From assembly GCF_003019035.1 (NCBI RefSeq), contig NZ_CP027447.1: 64,000 nt of DNA, one strand, 5' to 3'. This DNA comes from Escherichia coli. Its GTDB lineage: Bacteria; Pseudomonadota; Gammaproteobacteria; Enterobacterales; Enterobacteriaceae. Shown here in pieces: positions 8,549-18,489 of this stretch. A program made the translations under genes and the position numbers. The number at the start of each line of letters is the position of its first letter. Position 1 is the stretch's first letter. The notes under the pieces are model-generated. The model searched no databases and was not told where the DNA came from. It saw only the letters and a program-made list of their open reading frames with translations.

Positions 8549-9601
8549 ATGAAAAATACTGTAAAAATAAACAGTGTTGATTTAATCAACGCTGATTGCC
8601 TGCATTTTATTCAGTCCCTGCCTGATGATTCCATTGACCTGATTGTTACCGATCCGCCTTACTTCAAGGTGAAACCTAACGGTTGGGACAATCAGTGGAA
8701 AGGGGACGAAGATTACCTTAAGTGGCTGGACCACTGTCTGGCCCAGTTCTGGCGGGTGTTAAAACCTGCCGGAAGCCTTTACCTGTTCTGTGGGCATCGC
8801 CTGGCATCTGATATTGAGATCATGATGCGTGAACGTTTCAACGTGCTTAACCATATCATCTGGGCGAAGCCGTCCGGACGTTGGAATGGGTGTAATAAAG
8901 AAAGTCTGCGCGCATATTTTCCTGCCACAGAGCGCGTTCTGTTTGCTGAACATTACCAGGGGCCATATCGCGGCAAAAGTGACGGCTATGCGGCAAAAGA
9001 AAGGGAACTCAAACAGCACATAATGGCACCGCTGATATCGTATTTCAGGGATGCTCGTGCCGAACTGGGTATAACGGCAAAACAAATTGCCGAAGCCACA
9101 GGTAAGAAAAATATGGTTTCCCACTGGTTTGGTGCCAGTCAGTGGCAGTTGCCGAATGAGGCTGACTATCGGAAGTTACAGGCACTGTTTTCCCGTATAG
9201 CGGCAGAGAAGTTTCAGGAACAACAACTGGAACAACCACACCACCAGCTGGTGGCATCTTATGATTCACTGAATCGCAAATATTCTGAATTGCTGGATGA
9301 GTTTAAATCTCTCCGGCGCTATTTCTCCGTATCAGTCTCCGTGCCTTATACCGATGTCTGGACGCATAAGCCCGTTCAGTTCTACCCGGGTAAACATCCG
9401 TGCGAGAAACCGGCGGATATGCTCCGGCAAATAATCAATGCCAGTAGTCGACCTGGTGATCTGGTTGCTGATTTCTTTATGGGATCCGGTTCCACAATAA
9501 AAGCAGCAATGGCGCTGGGGCGTCGGGCGTTAGGTGTTGAACTTGAGTCAGAGCGGTTTAATCAGACGGTGAAAGAGGTAAGTGAACTGGTGGGGAAATA
9601 A
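8549..9601 (+). CDS. DNA methyltransferase (N6-adenine/N4-cytosine, beta-class)
   Basis: 350 aa; catalytic DPPY motif (IVTDPPYF) near the N-terminus and AdoMet-binding FxGxG (DFFMGSGST) near the C-terminus. Confidence 0.85.
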   Translation: MKNTVKINSVDLINADCLHFIQSLPDDSIDLIVTDPPYFKVKPNGWDNQWKGDEDYLKWLDHCLAQFWRVLKPAGSLYLFCGHRLASDIEIMMRERFNVLNHIIWAKPSGRWNGCNKESLRAYFPATERVLFAEHYQGPYRGKSDGYAAKERELKQHIMAPLISYFRDARAELGITAKQIAEATGKKNMVSHWFGASQWQLPNEADYRKLQALFSRIAAEKFQEQQLEQPHHQLVASYDSLNRKYSELLDEFKSLRRYFSVSVSVPYTDVWTHKPVQFYPGKHPCEKPADMLRQIINASSRPGDLVADFFMGSGSTIKAAMALGRRALGVELESERFNQTVKEVSELVGK

Positions 9602-9677
9602 TTCTGGTGGCCACGTTGCGTGGCCTTTTTATTTCCAACACAGCACCCGCAAATATCGCGAGGTGAGAGATGACGAA

Positions 9678-10004
9678 ATGCCTCATAACCCAAATACCTG
9701 GCTGGACTTGGTCCAGAGCTGGTGGCGTGGAGACACACCGCTGGGTGCAGTGATTATGTCGATCGTTATGGCTGGTTTGCGCATCGCCTATTTTGGCGGT
9801 GGTGGTGGCTGGAAGCGAAAAACGCTCGAGATTTTGCTATGTGGCGCTCTGACGCTGACCTTTGCATCCGCTCTTGAGTATGTCGGATGGCCTAAATCAC
9901 TATCTGTTGCCATTGGTGGTGGGGTGGGGCTGATCGGTGTCGATGCTATTCGTGGGGCTGCAATGCGAGTAATCGGTAACAAGTTTGGTGGCTCTAAGGA
10001 GTAA
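9678..10004 (+). CDS. Holin
   Basis: 108 aa; hydrophobic helices with a glycine-rich central segment and charged C-terminus; directly precedes the endolysin. Confidence 0.7.
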   Translation: MPHNPNTWLDLVQSWWRGDTPLGAVIMSIVMAGLRIAYFGGGGGWKRKTLEILLCGALTLTFASALEYVGWPKSLSVAIGGGVGLIGVDAIRGAAMRVIGNKFGGSKE

Positions 10005-10007
10005 TTT

Positions 10008-10484
10008 ATGCAGGTACTAAATTCCCAGCGTAAAGCTTTCCTTGATATGGTGGCTTGGTCAGAAGGAACGGATAACGGACGACAACCGACACGTAACCAC
10101 GGTTATGACGTTATTGTCGGTGGTGAACTCTTCACTGATTACTCCGATCACCCTCGCAAACTTGTCACGCTAAACCCGAAACTCAAGTCAACAGCCGCCG
10201 GACGTTACCAGCTTCTTTCACGCTGGTGGGATGCTTACCGTAAACAGCTTGGCCTGAAAGATTTTTCTCCAGAAAGCCAGGACGCTGTAGCTTTGCAGCA
10301 GATTAAAGAGCGTGGCGCTTTACCGATGATTGACCGTGGCAATATTCGTCAGGCAATCGACCGTTGCAGCAATATCTGGGCGTCATTACCTGGTGCAGGT
10401 TACGGTCAGTATGAACATAAAATCGGTGACCTGATTGCACGGTTTGAAGAGGCTGGTGGGGTGATAAATGAAGTTGAGCTATAA
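10008..10484 (+). CDS. Endolysin, lambda R-type lytic transglycosylase
   Basis: 158 aa, near-identical in pattern to lambda R (NSQRKAFLDMVAWSEGTDNGRQ ... WASLPGAGYGQ). Confidence 0.9.
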   Translation: MQVLNSQRKAFLDMVAWSEGTDNGRQPTRNHGYDVIVGGELFTDYSDHPRKLVTLNPKLKSTAAGRYQLLSRWWDAYRKQLGLKDFSPESQDAVALQQIKERGALPMIDRGNIRQAIDRCSNIWASLPGAGYGQYEHKIGDLIARFEEAGGVINEVEL

Positions 10485-10860
10485 GCTGGTTATCGCTGCT
10501 TTCTTCGTTACTGTCATTGGTTCTTTCATCTGGTCAGCCAACCACTACTACAGCAAATATCAGTACGAAAAGAAACGTGCTGATGAGGCTGAACGAAATG
10601 CTGGATCAGCAACAGCCATTACCAATAACGTCCTGCAATCACTGCAAATCGTCAATACAGTACTGGAGGCTAACCAGCGTGCAAAACAGCAGATCGCACT
10701 GGAGTCACAAAGAACCCAGGAAGATATCAAAATGGCCGTTGCGGATGATGATTGTGCTTCACGTCTTGTGCCTGCTGCCGCTGCTGAGCGGTTGCGGAAG
10801 TATGCGGACAGTTTACGTGAACACTCCGACGGTACCACTGCCAGCCAGCCTGACGGCTGA
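10468..10860 (+). CDS. Rz-like inner-membrane spanin
   Basis: 130 aa; N-terminal transmembrane helix then coiled-coil-like region; follows the endolysin. Confidence 0.65.
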   Translation: MKLSYKLVIAAFFVTVIGSFIWSANHYYSKYQYEKKRADEAERNAGSATAITNNVLQSLQIVNTVLEANQRAKQQIALESQRTQEDIKMAVADDDCASRLVPAAAAERLRKYADSLREHSDGTTASQPDG

Positions 10861-11014
10861 AACCCCTCAGCCTGATTTACCTGATCATTTTACGTGGGGC
10901 TCGAGCTTAGATCTGAATGCCGCCTTGTTGTCTGCATTGGCGCAGTGTAATACCGATAAAGCTGACATCAGAAGGATTGAAGTTGAGCGTGGTCACATCA
11001 TGCAAAAAAAATGA
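10745..11014 (+). CDS. Rz1-like outer-membrane lipoprotein spanin
   Basis: ~89 aa in the +1 frame of Rz; lipobox LLSGC after a signal peptide; Pro-rich mature region; extends past the Rz stop. Confidence 0.6.
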   Translation: MMIVLHVLCLLPLLSGCGSMRTVYVNTPTVPLPASLTAETPQPDLPDHFTWGSSLDLNAALLSALAQCNTDKADIRRIEVERGHIMQKK

Positions 11015-11106
11015 TGTTCACTTTATTTTGTTCCTTGATTTGATATGTGATGACCCAATAGATACAAAGCACCTGATTTGGGTGATTTTTTTGAAGGACT
11101 ATACAC

Positions 11107-11427
11107 ATGAAAGACGGCATTTATTTTGTTGTGTTCAGAAGCGGTCATAATGATGTTGGCAATGGCACGGTCGTTGTGAAGGATAATGCGGTTAATGGTG
11201 GTGATTTTGGGTTTACCTATCAGGGGCGTGTACAAGATGGGGTATTGAAACTTCATGTATCCCGCCATAACCCTTCAGCACAAAACGTTATTGCAGGCCT
11301 TAACGATTATGTGATGGATCTCTCTGTGAGAGATATTGGGGATGGTTATTACCTTGAAGGTGGAATTGCTGGTGTTCCTGGTGCGACTCTGTCTGTACAG
11401 GCGAAATTTATCGGCAATTTGATTTAA
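11107..11427 (+). CDS. Hypothetical phage protein
   Basis: 106 aa ORF after the lysis cassette, followed by a terminator. Confidence 0.4.
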   Translation: MKDGIYFVVFRSGHNDVGNGTVVVKDNAVNGGDFGFTYQGRVQDGVLKLHVSRHNPSAQNVIAGLNDYVMDLSVRDIGDGYYLEGGIAGVPGATLSVQAKFIGNLI

Positions 11428-11441
11428 ATCGATTCTCTCCT

Positions 11442-11472
11442 AAACCGCCCACTTTCCACGGGCGGTTTTTTG
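11442..11472 (+). terminator. Rho-independent terminator
   Basis: CCGCCC-n9-GGGCGG hairpin followed by TTTTTTG. Confidence 0.7.
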
Positions 11473-11522
11473 TTGCCATTACGATGGGTAGACCAGTAGT
11501 AATGATTGAAGGAGAAATTTAA

Positions 11523-11873
11523 ATGCCCCCACGAACCCCAAAAGCCTGCCGTGTTCGCGGCTGCCGCCATACCACCACTGACCCGTCAGGCTATTGCGAA
11601 AGCCACAAAAGCGAAGGCTGGAAGCAATACAAACCTGGACAATCCCGTCATCAGCGCGGCTACGGTTCGAAGTGGGACAGTATCCGCGCGCGTGTCCTGA
11701 AGCGTGACAAAGGCCTGTGTCAGTTATGTCTGCGTTCTGGTGTGGTGCGTGAGGCGAAAACTGTTGACCACATCATCCCTAAAGCGCATGGCGGCACTGA
11801 TGCTGACAGTAATCTGCAGAGTCTGTGCTGGCCGTGCCATAAGGCGAAGACGACCCGTGAACGGTTAAAGTGA
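11523..11873 (+). CDS. HNH endonuclease (terminase-associated)
   Basis: 116 aa; paired Cys and His motifs (CRVRGC...C ... DHIIPKAHGG ... CWPCH); sits directly upstream of the small terminase. Confidence 0.8.
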   Translation: MPPRTPKACRVRGCRHTTTDPSGYCESHKSEGWKQYKPGQSRHQRGYGSKWDSIRARVLKRDKGLCQLCLRSGVVREAKTVDHIIPKAHGGTDADSNLQSLCWPCHKAKTTRERLK

Positions 11874-11998
11874 TAATAATTCTCAACTGTCTGAGGGGAG
11901 GGGCGGGTCAAATCCCTGTGACCTGACGTCTTCCGGACTGCCCGCCCCATCGTTTTTTTATACCCGCGAAAAATGAAATTTAACCAGGAGTGCCGCAT

Positions 11999-12493
11999 AT
12001 GGCTGGAACGACGGGGCGTTCCGGGCGTCGCCCCAAGCCAACGGCGCGCAAGGCGCTGGCCGGAAATCCCGGCAAGCGAGCCCTGAACAAAGATGAACCT
12101 GTTTTTACGCCCATCAAAGGTGTTGAGCCACCGGAGTGGTTCGCTGAAGAAGATCTCCCTCTCGCCACGATCATGTGGCAACTGACAACCAAAGAACTCT
12201 GCGGTCAGGGCCTGCTGTGCGTGACTGACCTCGCGGTGCTTGAGCGGTGGTGCGTGGCCTACGAGTTCTGGCGGCGTGCCGTGAAAAATATTGCCAGACA
12301 GGGCAACACCATCACCGGTGCAATGGGTGGCATGGTCAAAAATCCGGAGCTGACCGCCAAGAAAGAACAGGAGTCCGAGATGAGCAGCACGGGGGCAATG
12401 CTCGGACTCGACCCCAGCATCCGCCAGCGTCTGATTGGCCTGGCGGGGCAGAAGAAAGCCACTAACCCGTTTCTGAAAATCATCGAATCATGA
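11999..12493 (+). CDS. Terminase small subunit
   Basis: ~165 aa from ATG 11999 (SD AGGAG); position before the large terminase. Confidence 0.75.
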   Translation: MAGTTGRSGRRPKPTARKALAGNPGKRALNKDEPVFTPIKGVEPPEWFAEEDLPLATIMWQLTTKELCGQGLLCVTDLAVLERWCVAYEFWRRAVKNIARQGNTITGAMGGMVKNPELTAKKEQESEMSSTGAMLGLDPSIRQRLIGLAGQKKATNPFLKIIES

Positions 12494-14223
12494 GCCGGAA
12501 ATCTTACCCCAACGTAAATGCTGCCAATCAGTATGCCCGGGATGTCGTGCGCGGAAAGATTGTGGCCTGCCAGTTTGTGATTCAGGCCTGCCAGCGCCAT
12601 CTTGATGACCTGATGGCGGAAAAAAGTAAGTCGTTTCGTTACCGCTTCGACAAGGACCTGGCTGAACGGGCCGCGAAATTTATTCAGCTGTTGCCACACA
12701 CCAAGGGGGAGTGGGCATTCAAGAGGATGCCCATCACGCTGGAACCGTGGCAGCTCTTTGTGATCTGCTGTGCGTTTGGCTGGGTCAATAAAGGCTCCCG
12801 GCTGCGCCGCTTCAGGGAGGTGTATACCGAAATCCCCCGTAAGAACGGCAAATCGGCAATCTCTGCCGGTGTTGCCCTGTATTGTTTTGCCTGTGATAAC
12901 GAGTTTGGCGCGGAAGTGTATTCCGGTGCCACGACAGAGAAACAGGCGTGGGAAGTCTTTCGCCCGGCGCGACTGATGTGTAAACGCACACCCATGCTGA
13001 CGGAAGCGTTCGGGATTGAGGTTAACGCCTCAAACATGAACCGTCCGGAGGATGGCGCGCGGTTTGAACCGCTGATCGGTAACCCCGGTGATGGTTCATC
13101 ACCCCACTGTGCCGTGGTGGATGAATATCACGAGCACGCCACCGATGCGCTTTATACCACGATGCTTACCGGGATGGGCGCGCGACGTCAGCCACTGATG
13201 TGGGCCATTACTACTGCCGGGTACAACATTGAGGGGCCGTGCTACGACAAGCGGCGGGAAGTTATCGAGATGCTCAACGGGTCGGTACCCAACGATGAAC
13301 TGTTCGGGATCATCTATACCGTTGATGAAGGTGACGACTGGACCGACCCGCAGGTGCTGGAAAAAGCCAATCCAAATATTGGCGTGTCGGTTTATCGCGA
13401 ATTTTTGTTAAGTCAGCAGCAGCGTGCGAAAAATAACGCCCGTCTGGCAAACGTCTTTAAAACAAAACACCTCAATATCTGGGTGTCGGCGCGTTCGGCG
13501 TATTTCAACCTGGTGAGCTGGCAGAGCTGCGAGGATAAATCACTGACCCTTGAGCAGTTCGAGGGGCAGCTGTGCATTCTGGCCTTTGACCTGGCGCGTA
13601 AGCTGGATATGAACAGCATGGCGCGACTTTATACCCGCGAGATTGACGGTAAAACGCATTACTACAGTGTGGCCCCGCGTTTCTGGGTACCGTATGACAC
13701 GGTGTACAGCGTCGAGAAAAATGAAGATCGACGGACAGCCGAACGCTTTCAGAAATGGGTGGAAATGGGCGTTCTGACCGTTACCGATGGTGCGGAGGTG
13801 GATTATCGCTATATCCTCGAGGAGGCCAAAGCGGCGAACAAAATCAGCCCGGTCAGTGAGTCACCCATCGACCCCTTCGGGGCGACCGGGTTGTCACATG
13901 ACCTTGCTGATGAAGACCTGAATCCCGTCACTATCATTCAGAACTACACCAACATGTCCGACCCGATGAAAGAGCTGGAAGCGGCAATTGAATCGGGGCG
14001 CTTTCATCATGATGGCAATCCCATCATGACCTGGTGTATCGGCAACGTGGTCGGCAAAACCATTCCGGGTAACGATGATGTGGTGAAGCCCGTCAAAGAG
14101 CAGGCGGAAAACAAAATCGATGGTGCAGTTGCGCTGATTATGGCGGTTGGCAGAGCCATGCTGTACGAGAAAGGAGACACGTTGTCTGACCACATTGAGT
14201 CCTATGGGATCCGCTCGCTTTAA
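12490..14223 (+). CDS. Terminase large subunit
   Basis: 577 aa; ATPase-like N-terminus and nuclease-like C-terminus; ATGA overlap with the small subunit. Confidence 0.9.
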
Positions 14224-14234
14224 CTGAGGTAATT

Positions 14235-14417
14235 ATGATCATGCTGATTCTCGCGCCTCTGGTGGGCGTGCTGGGGGCGCTTTTGCTGGCGTATGGTGCC
14301 TGGCTGATTTATCCCCCGGCGGGGTTTGTTGTTGCCGGGGCGTTGTGCCTGTTCTGGTCGTGGCTGGTGGCGCGATATCTTGACCGTACACAGTCGTCTG
14401 TCGGCGGAGGTAAATAG
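14235..14417 (+). CDS. Small hydrophobic protein
   Basis: 60 aa with two hydrophobic helices, between terminase and portal. Confidence 0.3.
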
Positions 14418-15658
14418 TGTTCTTTTCGGGATTATTTCAACGAAAAAGTGACGCACCGATGACCACGCCAGCAGAGCTGGCGGAGGCTATCGGGTTGTCC
14501 TACGACACCTATACCGGAAAGCAGATCAGCAGCCAGCGGGCCATGCGACTGACGGCGGTTTTTTCCTGTGTCAGGGTGCTGGCGGAGTCGGTCGGGATGT
14601 TGCCCTGCAACCTGTATCACCTGAACGGCAGCCTGAAGCAGAGAGCCACTGGCGAACGTCTGCATAAGCTGATCTCCACGCATCCCAATGGCTATATGAC
14701 GCCGCAGGAGTTCTGGGAGCTGGTGGTCACCTGTCTGTGCCTGCGGGGAAACTTTTACGCCTACAAAGTGAAAGCATTTGGCGAAGTGGCTGAACTGCTG
14801 CCCGTCGATCCCGGCTGTGTGGTACCGAAGCTTAACAGTAGCTGGGAGCCGATCTATCAGGTCACATTCCCGGATGGCTCCACGGATGTACTGAGCCAGG
14901 AGGATATCTGGCATGTGCGCACGCTGACGCTGGACGGACTGGTGGGGCTGAATCCCATCGCCTATGCCCGCGAGGCAATATCGCTGGCAGCTGCGACCGA
15001 AGAGCACGGGGCCAGACTGTTCAGCAATGGCGCGGTGACGTCGGGTGTGTTGCGTACAGAGCAGACGCTGTCAGATCAGGCTTATGAGCGCCTGAAGAAA
15101 GATTTTGAGGAGCGTCACACCGGGCTTGGCAATGCTCACCGCCCGATGATCCTTGAGATGGGGCTGGACTGGAAGTCGATGGCGCTGAACGCCGAGGACA
15201 GCCAGTTCCTGGAAACCCGCAAGTTTCAGCTTGAAGAAATCTGTCGTCTGTTCCGGGTGCCGTTGCACATGGTGCAGAACACCGATCGCGCCACCTTCAA
15301 CAATATCGAAGAGCTGGGGCTGGGATTTATCAACTATTCACTGGTGCCGTATCTGACCCGCATCGAACAGCGGATCAACACCGGACTGGTACGAAAAAGT
15401 AAGCAGGGCGTTTATTACGCCAAATTTAACGCCGGGGCGTTACTGCGCGGGGATATGAAGTCCCGTTTTGAAGCCTACGCCACCGGGATCAACTGGGGAA
15501 TTTACTCTCCCAATGACTGCCGCGACCTGGAAGATATGAATCCGCGTCCCGGTGGTGATGTCTATCTCACACCGATGAACATGACCACGAAACCCTCCGA
15601 TGGCAGTAAAGCCGGTAAGCAGAAGGATAACGCCAATGCAGACGAAACAACGTCTTGA
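14417..15658 (+). CDS. Portal protein
   Basis: 413 aa after the terminase; start may be the internal Met at ~14459. Confidence 0.85.
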   Translation: MFFSGLFQRKSDAPMTTPAELAEAIGLSYDTYTGKQISSQRAMRLTAVFSCVRVLAESVGMLPCNLYHLNGSLKQRATGERLHKLISTHPNGYMTPQEFWELVVTCLCLRGNFYAYKVKAFGEVAELLPVDPGCVVPKLNSSWEPIYQVTFPDGSTDVLSQEDIWHVRTLTLDGLVGLNPIAYAREAISLAAATEEHGARLFSNGAVTSGVLRTEQTLSDQAYERLKKDFEERHTGLGNAHRPMILEMGLDWKSMALNAEDSQFLETRKFQLEEICRLFRVPLHMVQNTDRATFNNIEELGLGFINYSLVPYLTRIEQRINTGLVRKSKQGVYYAKFNAGALLRGDMKSRFEAYATGINWGIYSPNDCRDLEDMNPRPGGDVYLTPMNMTTKPSDGSKAGKQKDNANADETTS

Positions 15659-16286
15659 TGTACCGCTGAGTCTGAAATCTGTCAGTGACTCCGGTGAGTT
15701 TGAAGGGTATGGCTCCGTCTTTGGTGTAAAGGACAGCCACGATGATGTGGTGATGTCCGGGGCATTTGCTGCTTCCCTGCGGGCGTGGAGTGACAGAAAA
15801 GCGTTACCTGCGCTGCTCTGGCAGCACCGCATGGATGAACCCATCGGTGTTTACACCGAAATGAAGGAAGACGATGTCGGGCTTTACGTCAGGGGACGGT
15901 TGCTTATTGATGATGATCCCCTCGCAAAACGCGCACATGCACACATGAAGGCCGGTTCGTTAACCGGCCTTTCTATTGGGTACGTCCTGAAAGACTGGGA
16001 ATACGACCGGAGCAAAGAAGCCTTTCTGCTGAAAGAAATCGACCTCTGGGAAGTCAGCCTGGTGACGTTCCCGTCTAACGACGAGGCGCGGATCAGCGAC
16101 GTCAAGAACGCACTGGCCCGCGGGGAAATCCCCGAACAGAAAAAAATCGAAAGAGTCCTGCGTGATGTCGGACTCTCCCGTACCCAGGCCAAAGCATTCA
16201 TGGCCGGGGGCTATGGCGCACTGTCCCTGCGCGACGCTGAGGATGTGGGCTCTGCACTGAATGCACTGAAAAATCTGAACTTCTAA
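15636..16286 (+). CDS. Prohead maturation protease
   Basis: ~216 aa between portal and capsid genes; start uncertain (15600 or 15636). Confidence 0.75.
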   Translation: MQTKQRLDVPLSLKSVSDSGEFEGYGSVFGVKDSHDDVVMSGAFAASLRAWSDRKALPALLWQHRMDEPIGVYTEMKEDDVGLYVRGRLLIDDDPLAKRAHAHMKAGSLTGLSIGYVLKDWEYDRSKEAFLLKEIDLWEVSLVTFPSNDEARISDVKNALARGEIPEQKKIERVLRDVGLSRTQAKAFMAGGYGALSLRDAEDVGSALNALKNLNF

Positions 16287-16300
16287 TCAGGAGAAATACG

Positions 16301-17506
16301 ATGGCGGTTGATATTAAAGATGTCGAACAGGTCGCGCAGGAGCTGCAGCAGAAGTTTGACGACTTCAAAGCAAAGAACGACAAGCGCGTGGATGCGATTG
16401 AGCAGGAAAAAGGCAAGCTTGCCGGGCAGGTGGAAACCCTGAACGGGAAACTCAGCGAGCTGGAAAATCTCAAAAGCGACCTTGAAAAAGAGCTGCTTGA
16501 GCTGAAACGTCCGGCTGGTGGAGCGCAAAATAAACTGGCCACCGAGCATAAAGAGGCGTTTGTGGGCTTCCTGCGTAAAGGCCGTGAAGACGGTCTGCGC
16601 GATCTGGAGCGTAAGGCATTGCAGGTGGGTACCGATGAAGACGGTGGCTACGCCGTGCCGGAAGAACTGGATCGCAACATTCTTAACCTGCTGAAAGATG
16701 AAGTGGTGATGCGTCAGGAAGCCACGGTGATCACCGTTGGCGGTTCCGACTACAAAAAACTGGTGAATCTGGGCGGTACGGCTTCCGGATGGGTGGGGGA
16801 AACGGATACGCGATCCCAGACTGCCACCTCCAGACTGGAGCTGATTGAACCTCTCATGGGGGAAATCTACGGCAACCCGCAGGCTACCCAGAAAATGCTG
16901 GACGATGCCTTCTTCAACGTGGAGGCCTGGATCAACAGCGAGCTGGCAACCGAATTTGCCGAACAGGAAGAAATTGCCTTTACCTCAGGCGATGGCACCA
17001 AGAAGCCGAAAGGGTTCCTGGCGTATGAATCCACTGATGAAACCGACAAGGTCCGGGCGTTCGGCAAACTTCAGCATATTGTATCTGGCGAAGCGACCGC
17101 GGTGACCGCAGACGCCATTATCAAACTGATTTACACGCTGCGTAAGGCACACCGCACTGGCGCGAAGTTCATGATGAACAACAACAGCCTGTTTACCATC
17201 CGTCTGCTGAAAGACACCGAGGGTAACTATCTGTGGCGTCCGGGGCTGGAACTGGGGCAGCCGTCCTCTCTGGCGGGTTACGGTATCGCTGAAAACGAAC
17301 AGATGCCGGATATCGCCGCTGATGCGAAAGCCATTGCATTTGGTAACTTCAAACGGGGTTACACCATCGTTGACCGTATCGGTACCCGCATTCTTCGCGA
17401 TCCGTACACCAATAAACCGTTTGTCGGTTTTTATACCACCAAGCGCACCGGCGGCATGCTGGTCGATTCGCAGGCCATCAAACTGCTGAAGATTGCTGCG
17501 GCGTAA
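16301..17506 (+). CDS. Major capsid protein (HK97 fold family)
   Basis: 401 aa; N-terminal coiled-coil scaffold-like delta region followed by capsid core; canonical position. Confidence 0.9.
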   Translation: MAVDIKDVEQVAQELQQKFDDFKAKNDKRVDAIEQEKGKLAGQVETLNGKLSELENLKSDLEKELLELKRPAGGAQNKLATEHKEAFVGFLRKGREDGLRDLERKALQVGTDEDGGYAVPEELDRNILNLLKDEVVMRQEATVITVGGSDYKKLVNLGGTASGWVGETDTRSQTATSRLELIEPLMGEIYGNPQATQKMLDDAFFNVEAWINSELATEFAEQEEIAFTSGDGTKKPKGFLAYESTDETDKVRAFGKLQHIVSGEATAVTADAIIKLIYTLRKAHRTGAKFMMNNNSLFTIRLLKDTEGNYLWRPGLELGQPSSLAGYGIAENEQMPDIAADAKAIAFGNFKRGYTIVDRIGTRILRDPYTNKPFVGFYTTKRTGGMLVDSQAIKLLKIAAA

Positions 17507-17512
17507 TCACTC

Positions 17513-17534
17513 AGGGGCGCGGAACCGCGCCCCC
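17513..17534 (+). terminator. GC-rich stem-loop after the capsid gene (possible attenuator)
   Basis: GGGGCGC-GGAACC-GCGCCCC immediately after the capsid stop; no strong T-run. Confidence 0.35.
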
Positions 17535-17555
17535 TGTTCTGACGGGTGAAGAATC

Positions 17556-17756
17556 ATGATCCTGAAACAAGATCTGAAATGGTCACCGGACGGTATGCGT
17601 GTTGAGGTCATTCGGGCCGGTGAGTATGACGACGGGGCGCTTCCTGCCCGGGTGCAGGAGATTGCACTTCAGGCCGGGTTAGCAGAGCGCGGAACCAGTG
17701 CAAAAAGCAGTAAAGCGACAAAAGAGAAAAAAGCCACGACCAGTAAAGAGGGCTGA
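17556..17756 (+). CDS. Small hypothetical head-module protein
   Basis: 66 aa ORF between capsid and connector genes. Confidence 0.3.
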   Translation: MILKQDLKWSPDGMRVEVIRAGEYDDGALPARVQEIALQAGLAERGTSAKSSKATKEKKATTSKEG

Positions 17757-17758
17757 GT

Positions 17759-18082
17759 ATGCTTCTGACAATGGAAGAGATTAAAGCCCAACTCCGGCTG
17801 GATGAGGATTTCGATGCTGATGACCGTCATCTGCAACTGCTGGCCTGTGCGGCGCAAAAGCGGACGGAAACGTATCTGAACCGGAAGCTCTATGCTCCGG
17901 ATGAAACCATTCCGGACAGCGATCCGGACGGGCTGCACCTGCCGGATGATATTCGTCTGGGGATGCTGATGCTTATCAGCCATTTTTACGAAAATCGCTC
18001 GTCGGTTACGGAAGTGGAGAAACTCGACATGCCGCAGAGTTTTGGCTGGCTTGTCGGCCCGTACAGGTACTTTCCGCAATGA
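17759..18082 (+). CDS. Head-tail connector / DNA-packaging protein (gp6-like)
   Basis: 107 aa, canonical position after the capsid gene. Confidence 0.55.
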   Translation: MLLTMEEIKAQLRLDEDFDADDRHLQLLACAAQKRTETYLNRKLYAPDETIPDSDPDGLHLPDDIRLGMLMLISHFYENRSSVTEVEKLDMPQSFGWLVGPYRYFPQ

Positions 18083-18489
18083 AAATTCGTCAGGCGCAGA
18101 CCAGCGCAACCTACATTCTGCCGGACCCCGGTGAACTGAATAAACGCGTCCTGATCCGCCTGCGGGTGGATATGCCCGCGGATAACTTTGGCGTGGAGCC
18201 TCAATACCCGGTTACGTTCCGGACATGGGCGAAGGTTATCCAGACCAGTGCCACCACCTGGCAGGAAACCGCGCAGACCGGGGACGCCATCACCCATTAC
18301 ATCACCATTCGTTACCGCCGGGGGATCACCGCTGATTATGAGGTGGTCTGCGGTGACAGTGTGTACCGGGTGAAACGTCAGCGCGATCTGAACGGGGCGC
18401 GGCGCTTTCTGCTGCTGGAGTGTACGGAGCTGGGCGAATGTAGGCAGAGTCACGGAGGCAACAATGACGACTTCCTTTTTGCACGTTGA
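18079..18489 (+). CDS. Head closure / head-tail adaptor protein
   Basis: 136 aa, overlapping gene chain in the head-tail joining module. Confidence 0.5.
   Translation: MKIRQAQTSATYILPDPGELNKRVLIRLRVDMPADNFGVEPQYPVTFRTWAKVIQTSATTWQETAQTGDAITHYITIRYRRGITADYEVVCGDSVYRVKRQRDLNGARRFLLLECTELGECRQSHGGNNDDFLFAR

Noticed and set aside
9582-9677. N-terminal extension of the holin ORF
   Set aside because: It overlaps the methyltransferase 3' end and is not holin-like; the ATG at 9678 gives a conventional 108-aa holin.
12684-13037. Minus-strand ORF inside the large terminase gene
   Set aside because: Antisense shadow ORF within a well-supported coding frame; no start context or protein-like composition.
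14432-15007. 191-aa minus-strand ORF inside the portal gene
   Set aside because: Antisense shadow of a GC-rich coding region.
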